Source: Chara braunii
Taxonomy: Eukaryota; Plantae; Charophyceae
Assembly (NCBI GenBank): GCA_003427395.1
Contig: BFEA01000041.1
Location: forward strand, 2,003,811 to 2,065,131
Length of the DNA stretch: 61,321 nucleotides
Direction of reading: 5' to 3'
Below are positions 1-11,558 of the stretch, piece by piece (the first letter of the stretch is position 1; every line of letters begins with the position of its first letter). The notes under the pieces were generated by a model. That model was not told the DNA's origin. It did no database searches and saw nothing but the letters and a program-made list of their open reading frames with translations. Both the position numbers and the translations under genes were made by a program.

Positions 1-1769
1 CGTACTCGAAGACACTACTATTTTTCTTTTTACTTTTGACTGAATCTGGCCAAATCTGGGCACTAGATCCATCCAGCCCAAGGAACTATAGTACAACTTT
101 TAAAAAAAGAGAAACGGGGCTGCTAAATAATAATAATAATAATAATAAATAAAAAAACTAGGACTTGGCGTGGCAACACCTTCGTGGGCTTTTTCTTCAG
201 ATCGAACTCCAATCTACACCCCAACAGCCCACGAGTGTGCCAGCCGAACTGGGCTCGGTGGTTAAGGCTAGTAATGCTGCAGCCCCCACCAGGATCCCTC
301 CTGTCTGTTGTGCCCGACCGTAACCCCCCTACTACCTCCCCTAACAGGCATGCTCATTCTGCAGGCCGTGCTAGCTTCTATCGTTTGTTTGGCTGGTCAA
401 CCACAACCTCGGAACAACCCAAACTGAGCGCACCTCCCCTGAATCTATACCAGATTCACTAGTGGGGAACTTTGCACAGTGACCACGCCTGTCTTCTCTA
501 TATCGCTCTAATTTTAACGGATGTCCCGAAGGACTGTACCACGGTAGTGGTAGCCCAGTGGGTGTATCCACTGAATGATGTTGCTGGGCTTTTCTGCAGG
601 TCCCGGCACTAGTACAGGACCTCACTCCCAGATAGAAAAAGTAGCAATGGGAAAGTAAAAAAAGTAAAAAAACAAAAAAAAACAAAAAAAAACGTATATA
701 TAAAAAATTCAAACTCAAAAATAAAATAAAATAAAAGGGTAACTTGAAGAACCGGATGCGGGAGAGGACCGTTGGTACCTGGTCCTCGGCCTCACCTCGC
801 GGGCCCGCGGTCGAAACCCCCCGAAAAAAATGCCAAGGGGGATAGTCCCACGAGACCCTCAACCCCTCGGCTCACTCCATAGTGCTCCTCCGTCGCTCCG
901 CTGCTCCGCTCTGGCCTCGATCCCGAGATCCATCTGCTGAGAACTCAATGACGTAACCTATAGGACTAAGCCCCAGCCTGGTTGCAGCAGGCGTAGCCCT
1001 CCATATGAAGAGTATCTGCTGCATGCCCAGGCCCATATGGTGTGCCACGGCCACCACTTGGCTTATTCCCCAAACCCACGACTTTGTGAGGTCGTGTTCC
1101 GCTGCCTCCAAGGCAGCCGTTGCGCGGCTCACCACTCGCATTGCCCCTTCATGTCGCGGGCGAGGTTCGAGGTTCTAATAGCCTGCCGCGACCAGCCCTT
1201 TTATCACTGCCTTGCTGAAACCCCCGACTTTTGTTCCTACTAGATCCTGTTCGCACTTCATCCCTCGGACCTCTCTGATGAGTCCAACCCCCGGTAATAC
1301 CCCGTCACCTTAGTGTGTTCCATACTATGTGACCTCAACAACTGCCACCCATAGGGCCTGGCTCCGTCCACGACTGCCAACCTCCCGCATCTACCACGCG
1401 AAAGTCACCGCTTGCGTTCTACTTTCTCTCGCACATCCCAATTACTACTCAAAGCAACGCCACTTCGCATGCCGTATGAACGCAGATGCACCATGGTCGC
1501 TTCAATAAAAGAAAAACTATTCCTGTCTTAATCAAAGCAAAAAATTTTGCCGGCGGAAACGCCGACTCTATAACATCAAGAATAAAAATCATCATGCGCG
1601 CCTCGAAACTGCGCGCCCACATACTCTTTACTCCCCGTCAACCACTCAGTCAACGCGAACCAAACACAACCGCAACTTCGCACAGTATACTCAAGTTCTG
1701 AACAAACCTTATTTTTCGTCGCTTACAAAAAACAGGGCGGATACCCTTGTAAGGGTATTCACGCCGACA
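1..1769 (-). repeat. 3' LTR of element A (partial)
   Basis: Direct repeat of 12610-14372. Homology ends exactly at ...CGCCGACA (1769 / 14372). Confidence 0.88.
472..534 (-). pseudogene. U6: U6 snRNA 5' fragment inside 3' LTR of A
   Basis: Minus strand reads GTCCTTCGGGACATCCGTTAAAATTAGAGCGATATAGAGAAGACAGGCGTGGTCACTGTGCAA, matching the first ~63 nt of plant-type U6 with a degenerate ACAGAGA box. Confidence 0.85.
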
Positions 1770-2235
1770 ACTTACCGGACCCTATTAAGCGACGTCCCCG
1801 TCGCGTCGGATAATAAAAAAAAACTATCAATTGAACTACAACTCCAAATGCTGACGAGAAAATAACCAATCTGATTGGTCGACTGACTCCGTTCGAGTGT
1901 TTAACAGACAATACCCAATATGTCTTGCTGTTGCCAGGGTCTTACTCTGGGCCTCCTGCGCGCAGGTGTAGTAGATCAGTACTACAACATAAAGTTCATG
2001 CTGGGTAGTTGTTGATAATCCTCTCCCTTTGTCCTAGACATCTGTCGGTTCATCGTTGCGTGTCCTGTTTAGTCATCGTTCTGCGTGCAGGGTCATAACT
2101 TAGGACGCGGGCCCTAACCGGGACCTTTTAAGGGCACCATCGCCTTTGTCACACAATATTCATATAAATATATATATAACTTGTAGCACAGACCTCTCTT
2201 GCAGTCTAGTACTGAAGAGTCAGATCTCCATCTTG

Positions 2236-2330
2236 GCCCACCATAACCTGGTTGATCGAGCCAGGTCTACGGCCCATTGCGTTGTTACTTTAGCAACGGT
2301 ACCCTCGTTGGTTGCGCAACGATGAGCGAT
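2236..2330 (-). ncRNA. Conserved multi-stem cis-acting RNA element in 3' UTR of element A
   Basis: Three hairpins plus a closing stem, with compensatory changes relative to the homolog at 34268-34365. Confidence 0.6.
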
Positions 2331-3906
2331 TCTCTTGATAAATCATAGTATCAGGACTCACAAAAAATACGACTCGACTCTTATCCCTCCGACATCCCGA
2401 GGGAATAAGACTCTCTGAGGCGGCCACACCCCTCAAGCCTTACCCTTTGGTGAGACGTGGGCCGGCTGACAGGTTGCGCCGGTCAGCAGCCAACACTAGG
2501 GGTTGTGCCCTAGTGATACCAGATTAACCCCTAACTGGGTCTCACTTATATGTCTTAAGATTAGCATCCTAGTGGCTGGACGGTGTGTCGCAATAACCTC
2601 AGGTCTACTGCGGGACTACGCAAAGGTCTGACTCACTCAAAGGCACATCGCCCTCTAAAAATCCACAAAAAAACCACCGCCAGATTCACTGGGCCGTGAC
2701 CTTCCACTTGATCAGAGTAAAGCAGACCTCACATCTTATGGACATCTCTCAACTTTCATCAATTTGCGACCTTCCAAAATTTCACCAAAATAATCTCTCT
2801 TGGTCTTTCTCGTCGGACTTTATCATTCCAACATGCCTTTCATGCCAGTTCAATCATTTAACCACCTTCCACTTTTGAAGGGGACTTACTTATATAGTCG
2901 CATCACCACCTCCCACACGGAGGAAAACCAACCATAAATTCTCATCACCACCTCCCACATGGAGGGGAATCAACCATAAATACTAATTACTGAGAGACCA
3001 ACTTGTGAGTCCTCGTCTCAACTCATCAAATAACATTCGACATGGACAAGCATTTGAGCCTCAAAAGACTCATAAGTCCTTTGGGACTTTTCACACCCTT
3101 CCCCCAAACAACTGTGCTTCTCTTTCTTATACTCGAGCCTATTGTTTGTCTGTAGGCAGAGTGCGCGAGTATACCAAAGAGTAGACAGTTTACACATTTC
3201 ACATTCACAAGAATGCACGAGGTGCATCCTGCACACCTCTTACACAAAAAAATCACCATACATCAGGATAAATCCGCATATGTGAGAGTGATAGTGATCG
3301 CCACATAGAGAGATAGTCTTAAGTCGTTATTATACATATGGTCGGGATATTCCAAAAAAAAATAGCCTTAAGGTCCCTCATGTATTCAGAGTTAAACTAC
3401 CTCAACTCAGAGATACGCAGGGTAATCCCTACGTCACTAATATACTCACCGTTGGTCCAAAAAAGGAAACAGAAATAACCACAATATTACATAGTATCAC
3501 ACAGAAGCGTCACGGCCTTGATAGCCGAAATAAAAAAAAAAGGAGCTTAATCCGCATACTATCACAGAGGTCTCTTCAAAGAACCGCTCAGGCTTGATTC
3601 GTAAATCATACGTATCATGAAGTCAGTATTTATTTAAACCCAATCGAATTAGACTTCAACATCACCCTAATCCTTGCAGTTACAGGCACCTAATCTGACC
3701 ACACCATCTGAATCAGTCTCGCCTGGTCAGATTCTTACCGGACCTTATTGCTAAATCCTCAGTCCCTCTTTACCCCTAATGACGGCCATACAGATGGACC
3801 CTCTTACTTATGAATACAACTTATTCAATTCTTCAATCTTTCTTATACAACCCTCACACCCCTCTACCGTAATCAAGCGGATATGCTTGACACTTTAACT
3901 TCTCTT

Positions 3907-5082
3907 TCACAGTTGTTTCCACATATGGTCTCGTTGACCCTTATCGCGACCTTCAGTACCTCGTCTGCCTCCTTCACGGCCTTCATTGCCACCACGTCTG
4001 CCATTCCCGCGACCTCTTCCAATACCTTGCCCTCGCCCTCCCTTGCTTGCCGCACTGCCTTGTGACGTTCGTTGTGCTGGTGGATGGGGCGACCCAAAAG
4101 CTGGGCTTGGTTTGTAGGAAATCCTGGCGGTATCAAGCTCATTAGCGGTTTGACGTGAGGTCCATATCGGCTTATAGGGTCCTGACCACCTAGTGTACAT
4201 GGCATACACAAAGATCACGGAATCATTGGATCGCATGGCGGCCACCACCTACATAATGCCGGCCCGATCGGAGGGAGCGTGGTCGGTGCAAGACTACTTC
4301 CTTGCCCTTGTGGAGCAGCCGTCATATGTTGTGAACACTGCCCTTTTCCAGTACCTTGACCCCCCTGGGCCAGGTTTCTCACCTTCCGTTGGGCCTTCGT
4401 CAGCTTGGGAGGGTTATGTTTCTCTTCTTCCTTAGCTATCTCCTTACTTTCTCCCTTCTCCTGCACGTCTGACTGCCGTTTCTGGACCTTCATAAGGTGG
4501 GAAGGGTCTTGGTTGCCATCTACCCTCTCCTTTCCTTTTCCACTAATTGGCTCACTTGACGTTCTTTCCGAGATTTTCTGCTTGCCCTTCCTGGCCTCTT
4601 CTAGTCGCGTCATCCTTTTTTCTAATATCCCCATTTGTCTCTGTATACCGCCTAGTTCGCCTTGTATCTGCGCATTCTCTGTTACTTGCACAGGGTTAGC
4701 ACGATGTTGACTCTCATCTCCATCCTCTGGAAACCTTAACCTTAAAGAACTCTCAAACTCGTTCCAGGTTCGCGACTTCCACATGAGGGTATATATCTCC
4801 TCACTTAACTCCTCACCCACGAATAATGGCAACATATTGCACATTGCTTCCTCGTCCCATATCTTCATGCGACTAAAGTTATGGTAGTCGTGCAGGAAGA
4901 CGGACAAATTTCTTCCTCGAAACAGCAGGGCCTGGAGATCTGGGGCCATCGAGTCGTGCACCGACTTATGCAGCAGAACCTTCGTGAGGCATGAGCTCCT
5001 CCAGAGCAGGATCTTGGTCAAACCACTCTCTTCAGCCATATATATGACAAACAACGGAACATCAGGCTGTAGTCTGACATGC
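3907..5082 (-). pseudogene. Degenerate gag-like ORF of element A (capsid-like N-terminus, coiled coil, RGG-rich tail)
   Basis: ORF 4215-5054 has FRGRNLSVFLHDY...W...TWNEFESSLRLRF, a retrotransposon Gag capsid-type pattern. A frameshifted continuation reads GGRGQGIGRGRGNGRRGG. It is preceded by the acceptor-like TTTGTTTTTCTTAG. Confidence 0.65.
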
Positions 5083-5461
5083 TAAGAAAAACAAAACAAG
5101 GACAACTAGCATTGTCCATACTAAATCCCATTAGCCCTTTCATTGCTCGTCTGACAAGGATTCCACTTATCCTTATACATAAAATCTTAAAACAAGTTAT
5201 AGATTGATAGCAGAAGTTGTCACACTGCCACTAGTCATTGCGCCCGTACTCGTTAGTAATACAACTATGAACGAGCCCCTAAGAATCCCAATGAGGTGAT
5301 GCACGTACTTGCTAATTTTCGCGGCATCCTCTATCTGCATGCTGCTGCTCGAAGCTCATCCCAACCTTCAGCCTTTTCATCCGGCTCATGGGAGCAGGCA
5401 TAGGCGTCCACAATAATTGCTATATTTCGGAGCCTTTGACCAGGGGGTGAAAACCTAAGGT

Positions 5462-5971
5462 CTAAGTACAGATCAATTCGCATGTATAACGCGCATACCC
5501 CCATCCTTGCACTCTCATAGCTGCCTCTACTGCCGCCTCTATCCTCGCTTGTCCCCCAAAAAAATCTTCTACGAGGAACCTGGGTAGGATGGCGCGTAAC
5601 GGCGCCAACGGAAGCACAAACTCTCTGGTGGACTTGACCTCTATATGAGTAGACACATGCTCTTCTCCTTCATAAGACCTTTCTCTTGCCCATTTCGTCG
5701 CAGCCGCTTCAACTACCCTTAAAGGTCTTGCGAGGAGGCTCCCGTGTCCAAGCATCAGCTTAACCCAATGTTTTACCCAAAATGATGATGATGCGTATAG
5801 GGTTACTCTCACGATCGCACCGTCTTGATCATCATTAAAGCCGGATTCAATCCGGACAAAGATATCAGTACCTAGCAATACGCCCCACCAGGGAGAGATG
5901 TATTCTCCTTCCTTGACTCGCCTTGACAATGACATCTCGAGTCCCTCATCCTTTTCAACTGGCCGAGCCAC
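5462..5971 (-). CDS. Accessory ORF of element A, unknown function (probably decayed)
   Basis: 169-codon open frame with protein-like composition, between the PBS leader and the gag-like ORF. No recognisable domain. Confidence 0.35.
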   Translation of the reverse strand: MARPVEKDEGLEMSLSRRVKEGEYISPWWGVLLGTDIFVRIESGFNDDQDGAIVRVTLYASSSFWVKHWVKLMLGHGSLLARPLRVVEAAATKWARERSYEGEEHVSTHIEVKSTREFVLPLAPLRAILPRFLVEDFFGGQARIEAAVEAAMRVQGWGYARYTCELICT

Positions 5972-7626
5972 AGTTGGATCCTCCTCAGCCTACGACATGT
6001 TGACTTGCCTTAGCTTTGTCCGGATTCTGCCCATCACAGTCGAACGTCCAACATATGTTCTTCGTTACTATGCTAAAACCCTCATTTTGCAATTCTAATT
6101 GCACTGTGAGGTCCTTACCGGACCATATTGTCGAAACCTACTCAGAGATAACCATAATGGATAAATAAGTAAAACACTTTTTATAACATTAACGCCTCAA
6201 CAATTTATAAATTATATATACATGCGTAATGAAAGCCTATAACCACAATAAATAATAAACACATCATGGTCCAAAAATACAATTTGCCAATAATAAGTAC
6301 CTTCAGATGCAGAAATAATGAGAGTGCTACATTCTACTCCCCAGCCTTGACAGAAGTATATTGTGTCGAGGGGCAATGTAATCCTTTTCAAGATGGATAA
6401 CATCTTAAATTCTTGAGCCCCGCTCAAGGATCAAGCCTCACTTCATCTCCCTCCGATTCCAACACTCGCACCTTGTAGACCCTTGCCAATAAGGTAGTCA
6501 ACCTCACCATGCATACTCCAGGATACGTTGTCCCTTCGCAGTCAGATGAACCCACTCGACACAAAAAATAGTTGGGGATTCACCCCCTACCTCTCTGTGG
6601 CAGGTAGTAGCTGCCTCCCTCAATGGTCATGGTTTGACAAGGTTCAAACACTTTCCTCCTATTAAGTAGTAATGTAGTCATCTCACCACAAGGGATTAGA
6701 TGGCAACACCCCACTATGGACCAGGAACATAGTTCCGATGTGGGTCTTACTACTACCTTCAAGACTAGTTTATAACTTCTTCAAAGTCATATCTAAGGAA
6801 AATAATAACATAGGGTTGCAACTTTCTTAGGTTAGACTTCACACATTGACCATTTCCTTGTGAAATTTACTCTCCCAAGGACTTGGTCACTCCATTCACC
6901 CCCGAATCCGCCTCAGACGTGGATTTTATGCAACATTTATAACCCCTTTTAAAAGATCAACCCATGCATATAGAAGAAAAAAAAACGGATATGTATGAAT
7001 AATTCAGATAAGGCAGCTCCAAGCTCCAATGGGTTATACATAGTCAAAATGAACTCAGATAGATAGCTCACGTAAATAGTAATGAATGAATAAGGCTCAG
7101 ATAAATAACATCAAGCACATAGTCTTATATAAGTCGATATTTAAATATGCTTACTTAGATGAAATTTTAAATGCAGATTGGTGAATTTCACAGACTGAAA
7201 AGTATAATCTCAAAATGATAACTCAAATGCTTGAATAGACAGAATGTTAAATGACTTTTTCTTACAAGAATCCTTAGAAAATACCTCTTTCTTAGCCAAA
7301 CTATTTCTTATTGCTAGCGTACCGTTATACGGCCATAACTATTTAGGCAGCTCATTGACTATGTAAAGGTATCAAAGATCCTTTCTTGGGTAACCGAATA
7401 TACAGAGTCGCACCTAAGGCGAACGATGATCAGTTTATGGCATTAGATATGCAAAATATCGTCCTTATTACTCTGCGACACCTCGATCCACAAATATATA
7501 AACTGCACTTGCTTCTACTCACCACCCACTTACTTAACGTCATTAACAAATTTTGTCGTTTTGCCTGGATCATCAGCCTGCATTTAACCTGGGTCCGTTA
7601 TCTTAAGGACCCCGATAGGCAGCTGA

Positions 7627-7646
7627 GATCCCCGGCAACGGCGCCA
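7627..7646 (-). promoter_or_regulatory. Primer binding site, tRNA-Asp(GUC)
   Basis: Minus strand TGGCGCCGTTGCCGGGGATC lies 2 nt after the LTR end. It is complementary to the 3' end of plant tRNA-Asp, the primer known from Athila elements. Confidence 0.93.
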
Positions 7647-9715
7647 CCTGTCGAGCGCATCGGTCCTGCACGGGGACCCTCCCGGTAGCGTCACGCAGGA
7701 TTATGCAGGACTTGTCGCGGAGAGCATTTGCCGCTCCGCCCGAGTGCGTCAGCCGTACCTCTCGCGAGTCCCTACAACAGGACAGAGTCACGCAAGACAC
7801 CGCTACCTCCACCTGCGGGAGTTGTCACCATCCCTTAGGTGGGCGTATCCCTGCCGAGCTACTGAACCACATGCGAAAGCTTTTCGTATGCAATTGCAGA
7901 GGTGGCCCAGCCGAGGGCGTTTCTCGTTCGTTGTAGCATAGGGGGTACGCGCGGTCGAACGCCCGAAATCGAACCCGTACGAGAGTCGTCGTACTGGGGG
8001 GCTGAAGTCCCAAACGCGACTCGACGCCGGTCGACTAGGACGCACTACACACACCACGCGTTACACCACAACACTCGCATCTACCACTCATAACTCATGG
8101 AACACACGTAAAACAAACACCGCAAACAACGCCACAACAATACTCCTAGTCCCTTCAGTACCCAACCCATAACTCTCTGAGTCAAAATTTGGTTAGGCGT
8201 CGCGCATAGAACTTAGTATAAAATTGTGCGGACGTAGGGCCTTCTCATATAGACTCCCGATGCATGAGTACGCAAACAATCACAACAATTGGAGTACTAT
8301 GTGGTACTTATAATCATGCGATCCTTGTTAATCGAGAGGGTGGCATTCGACACTGAAGTGTCGGCTGACACACGCCTTGAGGGTTAATCTCTCGACGCTG
8401 GACAACCGCCAAGTGTGGTTGAAGACTACACCCTCTTCTGCACCCTGCGCAGAGGGGTTGAGTAGACAACTTAAAGTTGTTGTGGCGACCAGAGATCAAG
8501 GGGTTTGACTTTGAGGGTTGCCACGGACTGCAACGTTCAACCATAATAACTCTAAAAAGTAAAAGGTCAAAGAGGATCCTCCTTTTCTCTTAGTGCAAAA
8601 CTTACTTAATCACTATGCACGGCCTCAACGGGTCGAGCGAACACAAGAAACATGATATAAAAGTTATGACATAGGAGACGATCACTCTCACAATCACGGT
8701 GCGGCTTCCTTCAAATATATATACATATATAATCATATGCAAAATCAAGTCTGGATTCAACTCACAAAACATACCTGCACTCACATCAAAGATCCACATC
8801 AACAAAACACACACTACACGGGGTCAACTTCAACCATTCTCTGCGCTCACACCCCTCGCTTTGGTCATACAAACCTCACTTTTTGCCTTTAGGTTGAGTG
8901 GCAAGAGTGAATTAGAGTTGAGTCGGAAACCGACCTGTTATCAGTGATAACAGAAAATTGGTTCTTTGGAAGGAGTAGGCTGACCAGATCAAGCCTTCAA
9001 GTGAAAACACTGAAACCTGCATCATAGTATAGATCAAAGAAAAAGTACTATTTATGTTGAGGGGAAAACATCCTCCTAGTCGTAACCTAACTCCTCTACT
9101 AGTACCAAGTCACTGGATATCTCCTCTAATCATGATAGATCTACCAAGTAACTCCTGGCTGAAAAATATTCTAACTCCCCGAAAATATTCTAACTCCCCG
9201 AATTCTACGAAATTTCGGCAGCTCTTCCCATAGGAAAAATGCATTTTCATAATTTCTATAAGCTCAAAAATGACTAACTCTTTTAGATTTGTAGAAATTT
9301 CGGCAGCGCTTCCCGTAGGCACAGGAGGCTGTCAAGATTTATACGAAGCTGAAAAGATAAAAAGACAAAGCAAACTATACTTGGGACTATCTTCTGACAC
9401 CCGCTTGATGATTCAGAATCACTGATAGCCTGCACGACCTCTAGATGAGATTGTGGGTTAGCATTGATCCTAACTCCTAGCAGGGTCAGCCTATCTTCAC
9501 CCCAAGTTCTCCCTCCCATCATCCATTTTATCTCCCTATGGCTCGAGCACTTGGCGAGCATCTAAAGCAACTAACCTACCGAAAGGACGCCCCAAAGTGA
9601 GAGCCCACAGGCAAGCATAAACATGCATCGCTCACAATCCCACATCAATTTGCCTAAGTAGTTCATTAGATCATTCGGTTCTTCCCTTTTTTTTAAAAAA
9701 CTCACTTATGGCATA

Positions 9716-10790
9716 GGATTAGACAAGGCCCTAACTTAAGGGTATGCCCAACCTGCCTAAGTAAACAAGTAAGAGTACGCACAACTGGACTGCCCTAACT
9801 TAACGGTATGCCCAACTCCAAATAAACTCTAGTCATAAAACATGTGACCAGACCGCCCAAACTTAAAGGTACGCATGGCTTCTGTTTAAACAGACGACAT
9901 GAAGCGTGAGACTAGACTGCCCTAACTTAAGGGTATGTCTAGCCAGCCTTACACAAAGTTACATAGGGCATAGGATTAGGCTGCCCCAACTTAGGGGTGT
10001 GCCTAACCTGCCTAAAACAAGTACGAACGACGAATTGTCAGACCGCCCTAACTTAAGGGTACGTCCAACCTACATAACATCAACGACAAGAGCATAACAC
10101 TAGGCCGCCCTAACTGAAGGGTATGCCTAGCTAACTTAAACAGTATAGTTACATAAGACAGAATCTGTCTGAAGTAAGTACAACGACGTATGACTAAGCC
10201 GCCCTAACTTAAGGGTACACTTAGCCTCCGTAACGACAATATAGAAGAAGAACCATTGATACTGGCACAAACTTTATATGTTTCTCTCTTATTAGGCAGA
10301 GGATCAGACCTACCCAACTTAGGGAGACATCCAATCCTGCCTTGTGTTTAGAAGGGAAAATAAAACATGTTTATACTAACTCTCTGCTCCTTTGTATTGT
10401 CACGAGCATAGGATCGAATTGCCCTAACTTAGGGGTACGCTCAGCCTGTCCAGATTACCTTCATTATATTCTTCATAGCTTTCCTCCTCTTCTTGTTCTT
10501 CCTGACTTACTGACTGACTTTCCCAACTTACGGTGTCCGGTCTGTCAGATAGTATAAGTTCGTATAATATATATCAAATTTGTATACTTTTGGTTGACCC
10601 TTATGTTCATGGCTTATGACTGAGCCGCCCTAACTTAAGGGTACGCTCAGCCTTATACCTGTGTTCCCCTTAGAAGAAACACACAAAACTGGGTCCACGC
10701 AACTTAGAGTATTCCCAGTTCTGTTTTCAGCAACCCACAAAAGAAACACCAGGATTCTGGGACCTCCCAACTTAGGACGCTCATCCTCCT
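9716..10790 (+). repeat. Array of 14 interspaced ~32-nt hairpin repeats (consensus CTAGRCYGCCCTAACTTAAGGGTAYGYCTAG)
   Basis: AACTTA loop cores at 9733, 9797, 9860, 9924, 9988, 10050, 10112, 10206, 10316, 10426, 10525, 10632, 10701 and 10769. The first seven units have a 62-64 nt period with ~30-nt A-rich spacers. Confidence 0.9.
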
Positions 10791-10796
10791 GTGCAG

Positions 10797-11558
10797 AAAC
10801 CCCATGCAGATTTGTACTACATCATTAACGGCCAGGTAAGACCCCCTCGACGCCTTTTCTCCCTCTCGTCCCCTTCCCCTCTCTCTCTCTCGATTGTATT
10901 GGGCCGTCTTACACGGCCAGGTCCATCCGTATACGGCGTTTTCCCTCATGCAGAAGGACGACCGCCGACGTAGTGTGCCCCTGCCTGCAGAACTGGCCCG
11001 TGTGATCTCCCTTCCCAGGCAAACGCTGGCTTCCAACTTCCTCCCTTATTCCTCACAACCACCCAACGGTAAGCGTGCTTCCTCTCCCTTCTCCCATTTC
11101 AGTGGCGTGCTTGTCCAAGTGTGTCGCTCCACGGCGATTCTTTAGGTACACATGTATCCGGTCACTCGACTGGCCAGGTTCACCCGTGACTGATATGCTC
11201 CTACTATAGGAAGAGACAAGCCCCCTGCGGTCAGAAGTTGCTGGGCGGGGATCCTACCGCGGCTTCGAGAGGATACGCTCCCACCGCGGATATGTGAAAG
11301 AGCCCCACGATGGCGAAGGAAACCATGATGTGGACGAAGATGGTTGACGGGACTGAGCTCCCTTCTCCTGTCCGTGATGATAGGCAGTTCGTCCGTGATG
11401 CTCGCTCCCACGTCCTACTACCCGTCAGCTGCACAATGATGCCGAACGGACTTCCCCATAGGCCAATTCATCCCTCGCTCCCACTCACCTCCGCGCAGCT
11501 CCGTTCCCACGTAGCACACAATCTACTCACTAAGTCCGAAATCCGGGCACACCACTGA
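10797..11558 (+). pseudogene. Spliced antisense gene remnant inside LTR A (exons 10797-10835, 10921-11068, 11146-11558)
   Basis: Canonical junctions TGCAG|, CAG|GTAAG, CAG|, G|GTAAG and TTTAG|. The exons splice in frame (KPHADLYYIINGQ|VHPYTAF...PPNG|THVSGH...EIRAHH*) with two internal TGA stops. Confidence 0.65.

Noticed and set aside
1275-1300. CTGATGAGTCC hammerhead core (also ~13877)
   Set aside because: No stem II closure or GAAA follows.
1748-1760. TGTAAGGG as LTR terminus with a self-priming palindrome
   Set aside because: Homology breakpoints in two independent copies fall at ...GACA about 21 nt further on, and a true tRNA-Asp PBS exists at 7627-7646.
1-1769. Segmental duplication or assembly artefact with 12610-14372
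   Set aside because: The copies differ by scattered substitutions and indels and end exactly at an LTR terminus; explained as paired LTRs.
9716-10790. Bona fide CRISPR array
   Set aside because: Eukaryotic LTR context, no cas genes, repeats too variable, irregular spacing in the second half, and spacers related to one another by block duplication. Kept as a hairpin array instead.
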